DNA of 63,921 bases, counting the filler, from Hyphochytrium catenoides (taxonomy: Eukaryota; Protista; Hyphochytriomycota), in the NCBI GenBank assembly GCA_900088475.1. It is 10 parts of 10 records of this genome, joined end to end, with 100 filler letters (N's around TTAATTAATTAA, not from the genome) between each part and the next. Parts side by side here need not be neighbours in the genome. Positions count along the whole stretch, not along the records: positions 7,541 to 21,265 come from FLMG01003324.1; positions 21,366 to 24,745 come from FLMG01000606.1; 8 more parts are not named here. The stretch is one strand, 5' to 3'. The notes below the pieces were generated by a model. That model searched no databases, was not told the origin of the DNA, and saw nothing but the letters and a program-made list of their open reading frames with translations. Below are positions 12,501-24,845 of the stretch, piece after piece (position 1 is the first letter of the stretch; the number at the start of each line of letters is the position of its first letter). The translations under genes were made by a program, and so were the position numbers.

Positions 12501-14278
12501 ATCAGACTGAACCCATCACTGCTGCTGCCGCTGCCACAGCAGCTGCGTCCACACCAGCCAGACATTATCAGTACCAACAAGACGAAGGAGAGGGTTAGCG
12601 CAACCGTTAGATCATCATGCACCACAATTGTACATATAGTAGAAAGTGCCTTTTCGCTGCTGCCATGGTGTTTTTCTTGGTTAGTTTCTCCGAGATAACT
12701 CATCAGGGCAAAATGAGGCAGGGAGCTATTTGCTGGTGGCGTTGTCGCCCTTACTCTGGATCTGTCGTCCTCTATAGTGATGATGATGGACACAGAAGAG
12801 AACATGCTTTGCAGATCCATGGGGCGCTGGGATCAGTTAACCTCAGTAACAGCAGCTGACAGAGGAGAGGAAGGGAGCTCTTGAAGCTCCCTCTTTCTTC
12901 GTGCGGCAGCTACCCGCCGCAGCTCATGATGAGGGATGACGGCCAGAGGAGGAACTGTAACTCGGTGACGGTGGCGGTGGTTGGACAGTAGTGACACATC
13001 CTTCCTTCTGCTTCTTCTTTCCTCCTTTTTTTTTCGGCCGGCTATTCTTTGCTCATCATGAGGAAGAAGCATTGGTCTTACAGTTGGTTTCTTCAGCCTT
13101 TCTGACTCTTTCTAGCTCAATCAGTGACGCGCCGCTACTACATACTGCTGTTATGTGTCCATACACCGCACATCTTACTCCGCTCGCTCCTTCTTCACCC
13201 GTGATCCTACACGTGACTCACCCCGCTCTCATCAGCAGCCATGGCTTTGTATTACTTTTGCTTGTTGTTGCTAGGTACTGCCCCATCAGCATCTATCAGT
13301 AGTCGTCAAGGCCTTCCCTACATCTAGCCGACTTGTTGGCAGAGGAGCTGGGATAGAGTCCAGCAGCAAGAGATAATAACAGCAGCAACAAACTTCGTTG
13401 TTAATGGGCGACTCCTTTTGAATTGAAGCCCCGTCGCGTCCAACAACGTGCTTGTTCTTTACAGCCAAATGCCGCCTTCTGTGACGCATCTTCTGAACTA
13501 CTGCGGCTGCAAGTGGGTCCAATTCCTGTGAGTCCAGCGCTCCCTGGTTCTGGAGCGTTATGATGCCTTTGCGTTCTTCAGAGTGTGCGAGGAGCCCCTG
13601 GTGGCCCATCCACATCAAGTAGTACTTCTTCGGTTGAGTTGTGCCCTACGGGGGCACCTCGCCCTGCCAGCGAAGAACTTGTCTTCAGGAGGACTAAGGA
13701 GGAGGAGCAGTTCTTCTTCTGCTATGCAGGCGGGCCGTCCTCCTCCTCGTCGTTGCTGGTATCATCATGCATGTGACCTGCTGCAGCAGACAGAAGAATA
13801 CCTAATCGAGTGCTTCTTGTTGTTTCTCCCTCAATCTTGGCTGACCCACACGGTTTCTTCTGATCATCGCCCGCCATGAGGAGGACGAGCTTGCTCATCA
13901 GCTCATCAGCCCCCTTAAAGGCCCGTTACCGGCATGGGTGTCCGTTACGGTGCAAGCCAGAGGTAACTGAGTAAAGGCAGTGAGCGTGCTTGTTTAGGTT
14001 TTCCTTCCTACTTGGCCCCACCAGCTAGCTTCTTGGTGATGGATGTGGGGCCGTGGGCGGGGCCGAGTGTGAGTCTATGACAATGATGATCTCCCCTTGT
14101 CAGCTTGTCCTCCTTTGGAAGTGATAACGAGGTTGCTGCTTCATTATGCGATCGTGGTGCTAGTAGTAGTAGAGCATTCCTAGGGACTTACGACGGGCTT
14201 TGTCGGAGGAGGGAGGCAGGCACTCACGTGAAGTTGGGCTTTATCATCTTTCATCGGTAAGGAGGGGCCTCCTGTTGC

Positions 14279-16404
14279 ATGGCGGCGCGTCAGCAGCGTC
14301 ATCAGACAGTCCAAAATGCCAAAATGAGCTCACCACGGCAGTCACTATCATCGTCATCAGCTGCTGATCCGCCACCTCTTATGAATGAAGAAGGTCCTCT
14401 TGTCGCCGGGAAGAACACTGATGTCTGTGAAGGACTTCATCGAAGGTATCTGACAATCACCTCAAGATCACGGTCACTCCTTCTATGGCCCAACAGTAGG
14501 CAGGAGGATGTGATGGCTACTACCACCGTGGCGTCAGTGCTGGTCCACGATCGGATCCTATCTGCCCTTCGGTCGCTGGAGCTAAAGGTCGGGAGTGTAA
14601 GATGGCGACTGATACAGGCAACTCTGAGATACCTATCGCTCGCAATGTGGGCAAGTGGGATCGCTCTGACATGGCTGATCTTGGAATCCCAGCCTTACAA
14701 CTCTGAGCCACTACATCGGAACCTTACTGTCTCATTCATCCTACTTGGCACCGCCTATATGTCGCTATATCTCAACCTCAGAGTCTTACGAGCTATTCTA
14801 GCTACCTTTGAGTTCTGGTTCCTGGCATTGAACTTCCTGCCCTTCTTCGCGAGTCTGGGTCAGACTTTCGGATGGAGTGGTCGTTCCCATCTGGTCGCTA
14901 CCATCGGCCTAAGCATGCTACTGATCTTAGTGTCAGACTCGCATCCATGGAGACGGCACTTTGCCTTTTGCGGCTTCATGGCAGTGACCTTCTTCTCAAG
15001 GTAAGGTTTATTGGTTATTATTAAGATAGCGGTGTCGATCTTCCGCACAACAATGGAAGGGCTCACGTCGTGATGGGCGCAGGCTCGCTTTCTGTTTCCA
15101 GTTTGACCGGCTTCCAGAGCTGAGTGATGTTACATATAGCTTCAAGGTCGGAGGAAGGGATGTCTCCTTCCGTCTATTGTCACTGGGTGCTGGGAGCTTA
15201 ACCACTTGGGCTTTGTTCTGCCTAAGGTATACTGTCAACATGATGGCAGATAGTAGCAAATTGTTTCTACTTCGGAATCCGCTATGTGGAACTATAGAGA
15301 CCACCTGCCAGAGGACTGCCAGGTGCACCAAAAATTTTGCATCGCTTCCTTCGGGTGCTCAACGCGATAGGCTCTTTCAGCTGATGACAAACCCGGCACT
15401 GTGTATATCCCGTGACGGGGGCTGTTGCAGTCTGTCGGCGAAGGTGTCGCCGGGCCAGTCCGATGACCGCTCCAACAACGCTGATGAGGAAAAGGTTGAT
15501 GATGAGCGACGAACATCATCCTGCGGAGAACGAGATGGCGCTAAAAGTGAAGTGCTCCAACAACCGCCAGTAGTAAGCCTCGAGATGGAAAATATAGGCT
15601 TTCGTCGCGTCCTGGGCGCATGCTGGTATAGACCGTTTGTTCGTCAAGCTCTCCGACAAGCTGGACACTACGTGCTTCTGGCATTTGTTGCCACTCATCT
15701 GGCCTTCTTTCTGGGTATTGTCGTCTTCCACTTTGATCGAAGTTCGGTGGCTCTGGTAGCCGTATGTGGGATGCTGAAGAGTTACCACATCTTTGGCTCA
15801 CTACATGTTGGGCTGTTGAAGGATCTTCTCTGCCATTTCGAGGTCCTCTTCTACTATGGCTCCGCGCTGGTATTTGGTCTCGGATGCTGCTCGTTGACCC
15901 ACTGGGATGGAAGGTAAGATGAGCTTATGATCTTCTTGCTCCTGAGAATGAACCGAAGGCTTGCGCTCCATCAGCAGCAGCTACATATATATATACATGG
16001 CTCTTATTTACTACTGACACCACGGCCCTTGCAGGAGATCGCTTTGGATCGCTGTGGTGACCCTTGATGCCGTCACCAATCCGCTGATTGATGCTCTACC
16101 TTCCGCCAGATTCAACCACCAGGCACGCCTTGCGTACATCGTCTCACAAATGGTAGGAACATGCGTATACATAGCAATTGGAGTGTTGTTCCTTCTCGGG
16201 GTTCTGCCCGATATCGATGTCAGCCGTACAGTTGCCATTGCCGACCTCGAAATCAGCGTAGTGTCAGCTTCCGCGAGTTGCTTACCGACTCTGGTGGTCT
16301 ACCCGCTGCGAAACGTATGGATAGCTCTCATGAGGCCGAAGGAGATGGTCATTCTTGAATACCAACTAGCTCTTCCTAGGGCAAAGGTTGATATTACAAG
16401 TTAG
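14279..16404 (+). CDS. Multi-pass membrane protein with two internal repeats (about 640 aa)
   Basis: Exons 14279-15000, 15083-15913 and 16035-16404 total 1923 nt and are in frame with GT-AG boundaries. The repeated motif is LRAILATFEFWFL...FGWSGRS versus LKDLLCHFEVLFY...THWDGRR. Confidence 0.8.
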
Positions 16405-18563
16405 TGTAGCCTAATAAGAAGGCAAAGCGACGAGCCGCCGGCCGGCCAGGTGCATTGAAGATGGCTATTAACGGGACACACATTCAGCGGCAGCGTCATC
16501 AACGGAGCTCAGTTATGCCTAATAAGCTAACTCATAGCGGGAGGTGGGCCGTTGTTGGTTCGTCTCAACGGCAGGATGTTGCTATTTTTTCTCCGAAGAA
16601 AAGCGATCTTCGCACTGCAAAGAGCGCCAGCCGGCATGTGGTCGGTCGGTCCGAGCAAGGAGTTTTTAGCAAGAAAGAGATAGCGTGGTTGGTGGCCAAG
16701 GGCAAGAGTTCACGGATCCCTGCTGGGAGGAGGATTTGAGAGCAGAGAGGAGGAGACCAACACGACGACAATCATGCCACTAGACAAGAGGGATAAAGTG
16801 TCATCACATCAGCAGCGAGCTATTATGAAGAAGCGACGAGTAATACTTACTAATGCGGGTCGGTCTTCTTACGGTCTCAACGCCGAACCAGAGAGGAAAC
16901 ACTACGTGAAGCCCCTCCGCGAAGAAGCAGCCTTGTAGCCTTCTTTGCCGTGCTATCTGCGCGGTGTTACACTGCTCTTCCTTCTGTGAAGGATATGAAG
17001 AAAGTGACATACTAGGATAGTGGTGGTCTATCTGAAATTTATTAGCAGATCGTAGGTGTAAGCATGCGGTACTGTCAGTCTAGTTAGACGGAGGAGTAAG
17101 GACATTCTTTCCTTCTCTTCTAATGGTAAGAGTGACAATGCCTCCTCTACTATTATTAGGATTCGATGGCTCCGTGATAAGCCTGGGTGCTAGGGCCTCT
17201 CTCTCATAAACCGAACGTAGAGAAAGGAAGTTGTTCTCAACAAATATTATCTTCTCCGTTGTCAATAAAGACGGCGGCATGATGGATTACTCGTGGCTGT
17301 GAACATATATGAAGGTAGATCTTCTTCCTTGCGGCAGCGAGCATCCGCATCTCATGATGAGAAGAGAAAACGAGGGTCGGCGCAGATTCGAGACTTGAGT
17401 GATAGAGGACGAGGTCAGCCCGTCCTCTAACAAAATCGCGCCAGGAAAAGTTGTCAACGAACTCTCGTTCGCTGGCCAGCAGCTCTCGCCTCCTCGGAGC
17501 TTACGCGTCTATCTGGCAATCTCCGGATGATCTTTGCCCAAACAAAGCGCTTAGATTAGAAATCTCCAGCCTGTCGGTGCCACCACGCCTATGCAGCAAG
17601 TAACGTCGGAAGGCTCGCCCTCCTTTCCGTTCTTCACAGACTCTAGCAGTCTCTGTCACAGATTCTAGCAGTCTCGGAAGGCTCACCCTCCTAACCCAGC
17701 TTTCTGGGCCGTTGCTATGTTTGGCTTACTTCTCTCCACTAAGAATGTCAGAACATTGTGGGAGCAGAGGAGACACACCCGTTCGGCCGGAGGGATCAAC
17801 ACTACGGTTACGGGACAGCTCCCGCAGACAATGCGGAGACAGCTCCAGGGCAGAGGCAGTCTCTCAATCAGACCTACCAGGCGGCAAACGATTCGATCGG
17901 GACTCATCAGGTTTACGGAGCTTGGGTCATATAGGCGAGCAAGAGCTGGCGAGAAGGCCGACCCGGTATCACGACAATAGCGGAGGACTCCTAAGCTCGT
18001 AAAGCAAGCAGCAGCAGCCTAGATGCTTGTGCCAAATGCCGCTTGAACGCTTCCTAGAGTAGGGGTCAGTCCTGTGGAATCATTATGTCTCACAGGGTCC
18101 AGCGCCTCACGGCATACTATTATTGGCTAAACGGCAACAACTCGCAAAGAGCCTCTTGAACTAAAGGACCTCTCACTTGAAGCGAAGCTGAAGGCGTGGG
18201 GAGTAGCGGCGCATGATTAGTAGCTGACATGTCTGGATGAGTCCCTCATTTGATGGCGATGCAACCTTGAGATCCTAGAAAGATGATGACTAAAGGAACT
18301 CATGCAGCCAACACACGGCCCTAACTGACGAATTGTCTGTTGGAGTTCTATCCTTAACAGGACGATACTGCGCCGTGCGGTTGATCTCTGTTATGTAGCT
18401 CAAGATGAGGAGTACCTATCTTTCTCTCCCTTCAAGCTCATGGGTGCATTCTAGTACGGGAATGTGACCCTGATGAGTATGAGCTCAATGGGAGGTGGGT
18501 CTATTATACCATGTATAGTTTGGCGTGGACTATGGACTCTTATATAGCCAGTCTAGCTTGTTG

Positions 18564-21265
18564 CTAGCTCTTTCCTCTTACCAGCTTGCAAGTCTCTCCC
18601 TCTCCCTTCTTCTTTCTGGCAAGCTGCAATAAGTTCTCTATGACATCAGCTCCTAGCTCGTTGGCCAGTCCCATGAAGGCACTGTCCTTATTGGAGACTA
18701 GCGTTAGAGGTTCTTCAAACTCAACCACTTTCCCGTCAGAAACGACTGCGATCCTGTCGCTGTCGATGATTGTCTCCAGTCTGTGTGCAATGCAAAGGAC
18801 TGTCCGGTCCGAAAAGTTCTCGCGAATGGTTTGCTGCAGAAAGTAATGTGTGAGAAGAGAAAGAGTCAGATAGATGGTGATGCTGTGAAGAGTGGCACGA
18901 AGAAGCATTAGAACATTCAGAGAGAAGTTGGCCTAGAGACCGGCCGATACAAGCGAGTGAGATACGGGAGGAGAGGATAATAGACAGACGAGTGCCCATG
19001 CGAGAAAGAATTGTCTATAAGACGCACAGCCAACCTGAAGAAGGGCATCGGTGTTGGTATCGACGGAAGCTGTAGCCTCGTCCCTGCGTAAGTAAGAAGG
19101 GTTAAAACCATAGCGAGGAGAGTGACTGTTACCACGTCTCAGCAGAAGCCGGGGAACCCTTAGCAGGAAGCAATAGAAGAGAGTGTGGGAGAAGCAAGAA
19201 GAGGCGAAGCATCATAGGAGAGAAGGCACTGAAGGAGCATAGCCTGATAGGAGAGAACATAGGATGGAACATTAAATCGACGACAGGTTTACGTACATGA
19301 CCAGGATCTTTGATTTCCTGAGCAGCGCTCTGCCTATACAGATGAGCTGTCGCTGCCCCACGCTGATGTTCTCGCCTCCTTCAGAGACAGGACTCTCAAG
19401 CTTGAGCGGCATATCCTCAATCGCTGGTCTCAGGTGTACTCTGTCTAACACTTGCCACAGATCTGCGTCGCTGTACTGCCTAAACGGATCTAGGTTCTCT
19501 CGGATGGTACCGCTGAACATTACTGGGTCTTGATATCAAGAGAAGGAGAGCCCAACAAAAGAAAGGAGACACGGAACGGAGAACGAGAGAGAGAGTTGTG
19601 GGAGGCGAAGGGGCCGCGGAGTGAAGAGAGAATGTTAGACTAGGGACAGGGAGAGTGGCGTCCTGCCACGCTTCACCTCATTCAACCTTGAACCAAACTG
19701 TCTAACTCTTCCTTTTACTCCTTGCTACCTGGTCTCACTCTCCGTCAAGATACACCCTTCCTCTTTCTACACGCACCGTTTAGCATCCAAACCCTAAATC
19801 TACCGTCACTACCCATAAGGAAACGAACCATTCTCTCCTAGGCTACAAGCATTGCCCTTACCTTGTGGGATAATAGACAGCTTCTGCCTCAGTGCCTCCA
19901 AACTGATAGCTGAGATGTCCACACCATCAATGAGGATCCTGCCCCCTTCAGGCTCTACCATACGGAACAGGGCCATCATGATAGAGCTCTTGCCTGCCCC
20001 GGTTCTCCCACATATGCCGATCTTCTCTCTCGGCATGATTTCCATGTTCATGCCCTTGAGGACCAGGTCTAGCTCGGGTCTGTACCGCAGCTGCAGATTC
20101 TCTACCTTGATGCCTCCTTCAGAGGGCCAAGAAGCAGGTGGAGAGACAGTGACCTCCTTCTTCGCTCCTTCTTTCTCCAGTTTGACATACTCAAAGATCC
20201 TCTCCGTGGACGTCATGCTATTTTCTACCATGATTGCACATCGGACGGTCCACTGGAGCATTCCCGTCAACTGCAGAGAGTAGGTCAGCGCCAGCCCAGC
20301 AATTCCAGGGTCCACAGAGCCTCTGAAGCCCACAGCAAACATTGCCACTGCCAGGACCACAAGAGCAGAGAGCAGGTCCAGTCTGTAGGCAAGCCATCTG
20401 CCCGACATGTAGTTGACGAAGAAGTTCTTCACGTTAACATTGACTGCTTCCCTATTCTTCTGAGAGAACTGCTCCTCCATGTTATACGCCCTAATGGTCA
20501 TTAGCCCGTTGAGAGTCTCGTTGAATGAAGAGTAGATTGGAGAACGAGAAATGCTCTCGAGTCTTTTCAGCTCCCTGCTGCTCTGCCGGAAGTACTTGTC
20601 GACGAAGAAGAAAGCTACGGCCATGGGGATGATGACAAGGAGGATGTAGGGAGAAGTAAAGCAGCAGATAAGGAGGATAATGATGATCTCGATGGCGTTT
20701 ACCAGCAGCATCGTCATAAAATCGGGAAGAAAGGCATCAACCTGATCAAGGTCCTTCGAGAAGCGATTGACAATTCTACCAAGAGGTGTGATGTCATAGA
20801 AGGTAGTGACTGGAGCTCGGATGACTGCGGCAAAGACGGTGTGATGGATCTGATAAGAAATGCTCAGGGTCATATAAATAAGGAGAAAGGACCGGAACAG
20901 CGTGAAGAGCGCTGTCCCGACACCTAACACGCAGTAGACCCAGATATAAAAGGTCTGAGACCGATCGAACTCGTCACTGCCCCAAGCAGAGAGCCACCAG
21001 TCAGAGAAAGAGAGTACCGCCTGAGTTGCGATGAAGCCAAAGAGAACGAGGAAAGCGAGGACGAACCCCCAGCTTCCAACAGCCGCAAAGTACTCCTTGT
21101 ATACTCGGCCTTCCACAGCACCTTCCCTTCTCTCTTCCTCCACCATCAGTTCACCTCGCTTATCTGTTACCGTTGTCATCATCTGAGACTCTCTGGCCTC
21201 TGACGGTAGGGCGGCGTCTCTTCTCTCACCTTCCACACCACCTCCTGTTGCTCCGTCTTGGCCCT
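18564..21265 (-). CDS. ABCC (MRP-like) transporter, C-terminal half (TMD2-NBD2), 5' truncated
   Basis: Exons 21265-19862, 19528-19297, 19083-19035 and 18833-18564. Motifs: TPLGRIVNRFSKD, GRTGAGKSS, IIPQDPVMFSGT, ISVGQRQL, ILVMDEATASVD, IAHRL. Confidence 0.95.
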
Positions 21266-21365
21266 NNNNNNNNNNNNNNNNNNNNNNNNNNNNNNNNNNN
21301 NNNNNNNNNTTAATTAATTAANNNNNNNNNNNNNNNNNNNNNNNNNNNNNNNNNNNNNNNNNNNN

Positions 21366-21412
21366 CCACATAACCTAAATAAGAGTGTCTTCAAATCCCA
21401 TACATTATAACA
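21366..21412 (+). repeat. 3' end of LTR-C abutting LTR-A in opposite orientation
   Basis: CCACATAACCTAAATAAGAGTGTCTTCAAATCCCATACATTATAACA is near-identical to 5822-5868 and 5016-5063. Confidence 0.85.
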
Positions 21413-24400
21413 CCAGCTTCCCTCATCATCTCTATCTCCTGTGCTGCTCCTGTGTTCTTCTGGAAATCCTTCTCACATCCCTCTTTCCCATAACACAGGT
21501 GTACCCGTAACGTCCATGCCCCTGAGAGTTAGGTGTGTATAGAGAGTGACTACTGTACTACTGACAACGTGTTGGAGTCTGAGGGCACAGCTATGTGGCC
21601 TACAAGCTGGCAAGCTTAACTACCAAAGTTTCAGCTCTAAGCTCCCAGTAGAAGCCGAGATATGAAGTAAAGGAAATGTCCCTGTTTATATCTATGGCTT
21701 ATGGTCAGTACCCCAGGATACCTCCAGGACTGACTATTCTAGACAGGGATATCTTTATAACTCCATATCTTAGGGTTTATTCGGAATAGCTGGCATAGTC
21801 AGAATAGCTCTAGATTATGGGACCCCAGTTGGGCTTATAAGTAGAGCACTCTCATCTAATGACATTGTCCAATCATCCCATATAATCAAACACAACGAAC
21901 ATTGTAGCACTCAACACTCCCCTCATACCTAGCTTCTCAGTGGTGACGGTCAGATTAATTCACCTAATTGTCGGTCTCACTCACTCTCTCCACCTCAGAC
22001 GAAGCTAGGTGGGTAGTGGCAAGAGTACTGACACTAGGAGGGAGCACTCCAAGGTGAGGACGCAGTCCGAAAGAGAGGAGCAGGTAAAGGCTTGGTGAGG
22101 CAATCGGCTACCATAGCTGCAGAGGGAATATAGACCAGCTTAATTCTCCCATTGGCGACCTTCTCTTGCGAGGACACAGTGCTTGACATCTAAAGTCTTT
22201 GACTTTGGTCGTTAAGAGGAGCAGAGGACAATTGCGCTTTGGTTGTCCTGATTAACAGGGATGGGCAGCTGGTTGGAGAAGCCAAGCTCGCCAAGCAACA
22301 CACTGAAGTGCTCTGCGACGTGGCTTGCGGACCACAGCGAGACGCACTCCGCTTCGGTGGTTGACGACGCTCTGAGAGTTTGTTTCTTTGGCTCATGCAA
22401 GAGCACCGCCGTTGAGACTCAAAAAATAGCCGGTGATAGACTTGCGGTCAGCTGGGTCACTAGCCCAATCAGCATCAGCCTGGACAGAGAGTTGAATAAT
22501 AGGGGTATCTCCCCCTAGACAGAAGGAGTAGTTTTGGGTGGCCTTCAGGTAGGTGAAGATACGTTTGACAGCCTCCCAGTGAACGTGGCGGAAGGTAGTG
22601 ACGTGTTGGCTCACGGCTTGTACCGCATAAGCGATATCAGGCCGCATGCACACCATGACGTACAGCAAGGAACCTACTGCTTGACGATAAGGGGTGCGAG
22701 CCAACCGGTCAGCGTCATCATCAGAAATAGGAATGGTAGAAGCTTTGGGCAAGTACGTCTTAGGCACCGCTGGGATAGGATTGGAGTAGGCATCAAGTAG
22801 GTTGAAGCGCTCCAAGATCTCGATAATATAATACTTCGACTGTCGAAGGTAGATCTTCCTAGCAGCTCGATCCCGCTTTACTTGGATGCCCAAGTAGTAC
22901 TCTAACTCCCCCAGATTGGTGATGGAGAAACGGGCAGACAGCATAGCCTTGAGACCTGCAATTTGCTCGGTGGTAGGAGCAAAGAGGAGCATGTATCCAC
23001 GAAGACGCCGACGATCTCAAGGTCCTCAGGTCTCGAGGCACTGTAAAATCAAAAATCCAGGTATTTCGTTGTCCAAAAAAGAGTGGCGCTTGACGTATAC
23101 CCCAAAGTCACAAACGCTGCGCTGGAACCCTTGCTCAATCAGATAATGGTGCAGCCTGTCATTTGGGCTCTGGCGGAGACCATACATCGACTTCTTCAGC
23201 TTCCAGACGTGATCTTCTTGTCCAGGGGTTGGAAAGCCCGGTGGTTGACGCATGTACACCTGTTCGTCGAGATTGCCGTTCAGGAAGGCGGTCTTGACAT
23301 CGACGTGATGCACTTCTAGATCCAGCGTGGCGGCGAGCGAGAGAAGGCAGCGGACAGTGTCATGCCCTATCTCTGGAGCAAAGACCTCGCTAAAGTCAAT
23401 ACCTTGCTTCTGTCGATTGCCAAGAGCGACTAGAAGATCCATTGATAGCCGTGCCTTGTACTTGTCCACTGAGCCATCGCTATGCAACTTGACCCTGAAG
23501 ATCCATTGAGAGCCGATAAGATGAGCGCCGGGAGGTGGGGGCACTACATCGTAAACCTCATGGGACTTTGCATTGATGTAAGCTCTGAGGTTACGGAGGC
23601 TAGTCATTCCGTGGCATGAGGTCCAGAGAGTGCCTCGTGGACTGTTTTCGGTTCAGAGACATGCAGAAGATTAGCCTGGCCTACTGGAAAAGAGAGAGAC
23701 TCTCCTTGTAGCAGTCTATCACGACCACGAGTGATAGGACCGAGTGGAGAAGTGATTGTGGTCGAAGAGGAGGGAGAAGAAGCTGCCGGATGATCTTCGT
23801 CTTCGCCAAGCTCGCTCGTCTCCGTTCCATCAGCAACGCTGCTCTCTGGCTCCGGCCCAGACAGTCATTGGTGGGTTCCTCTGGACTTGCTTCGTCAGCA
23901 GAAGGTTCACTTTCTTTTTCTGCTTGTCGCGCTGCACTCGCTTCACCACTTACTTGCGCTGCTTCAGCGGCAGTTGCTTCTTCGCTCCCTATGATGGGAA
24001 ACAAAGAGACATAGTCATAATGTTGCTGGCTTTCTGCCTGTTTGGTCAGAAGATCATACAGTCGATAGCCATGGGTGCCAGAGTCATACCCTACAAAGAT
24101 ATACCGAGAGCTCCGCGCATCAAGCTTTCGCAGCATCGTCGATGGCTTTAAAGCATACGCAAGTGAACCAAAGACGCGTAGATGACCAACATCAGGCGGC
24201 TTGCCGTACCACTTTCCAGGGGGTAGAGCCATCGCGTGAAGCAGTAGGACAGCGATTGATCACATGAACTGCGGAGGCCAATGCATCTGCCGAAACAAAC
24301 GAGGCAGGTCAGTAGCAATCGGAAGGCATCTCGTCGCCTGCATGACAGTTCTCATCCAGCGTTCACAACAGCCGTTGCTAGAGGGGGGAATAAGCAGGTG

Positions 24401-24745
24401 TCGGAGAGTGCAGGATGCCGCGGCGAGAGCACACTCTGCCTGCAGCACTGCTAACGAACTCTCCCCCGCGATCGGAGCGTATCTCTTTCACGCGCTCACC
24501 CGTCCGATTCTCCATGAAAAGAATGAGCTCCTCCAACTTAGCTTCTGCTTCTCCTTTGCTCCGAAGGAATTTGCACAAGGCACCTCCGAGAGTGATCATC
24601 GACCACGAGCAGAAAATGTACATAGCCTTGATAGCTACGAGTATTGACAATGCCAACGTCGGCGTGCAGAAGTTCCAGCACTCTTGTTGTCTTACGAGGC
24701 TGAGCGTGGTAAGGCTTACGAGTTAGCTTCGCAAGAATGCAGGTC
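21413..24745 (-). mobile_element. Degenerate Ty1/copia retrotransposon (integrase-RT-RNase H-PPT-3' LTR-A)
   Basis: Integrase IRSDRGGEF and NGCCER; HLRVFGSLAY...GYRLYD; RT WIFRVK...KYKARL, DVKTAFLNG and YGLRQSP; RNase H DADWASDPADRKSITGY and DNQSAI. There are multiple frameshifts. The PPT GAGGGGAG is followed by TGTTGAGTGC at 21916. Confidence 0.95.
21570..21892. mobile_element. Solo LTR (LTR-B, 323 bp) inserted in LTR-A with 5-bp TSD
   Basis: TGTT...AACA termini are flanked by CAACG at 21565-21569 and 21893-21897. Removing the insert restores the uninterrupted LTR-A sequence seen at 4621-4660. Confidence 0.92.
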
Positions 24746-24845
24746 NNNNNNNNNNNNNNNNNNNNNNNNNNNNNNNNNNNNNNNNNNNNTTAATTAATTA
24801 ANNNNNNNNNNNNNNNNNNNNNNNNNNNNNNNNNNNNNNNNNNNN

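Noticed and set aside
13286-13877. Minus-strand reading frame with in-frame TAGs suggesting stop-codon reassignment
   Set aside because: Well-supported genes (ABCC C-half, membrane protein, SnoaL, IQ protein) end at TAG and conserved exons have no internal stops. The frame has no recognisable homology.
17606-17692. Two 19-nt direct repeats enclosing a short tandem duplication (CRISPR-like?)
   Set aside because: Only two copies, the inner sequence is itself duplicated, there are no cas genes and the context is eukaryotic.
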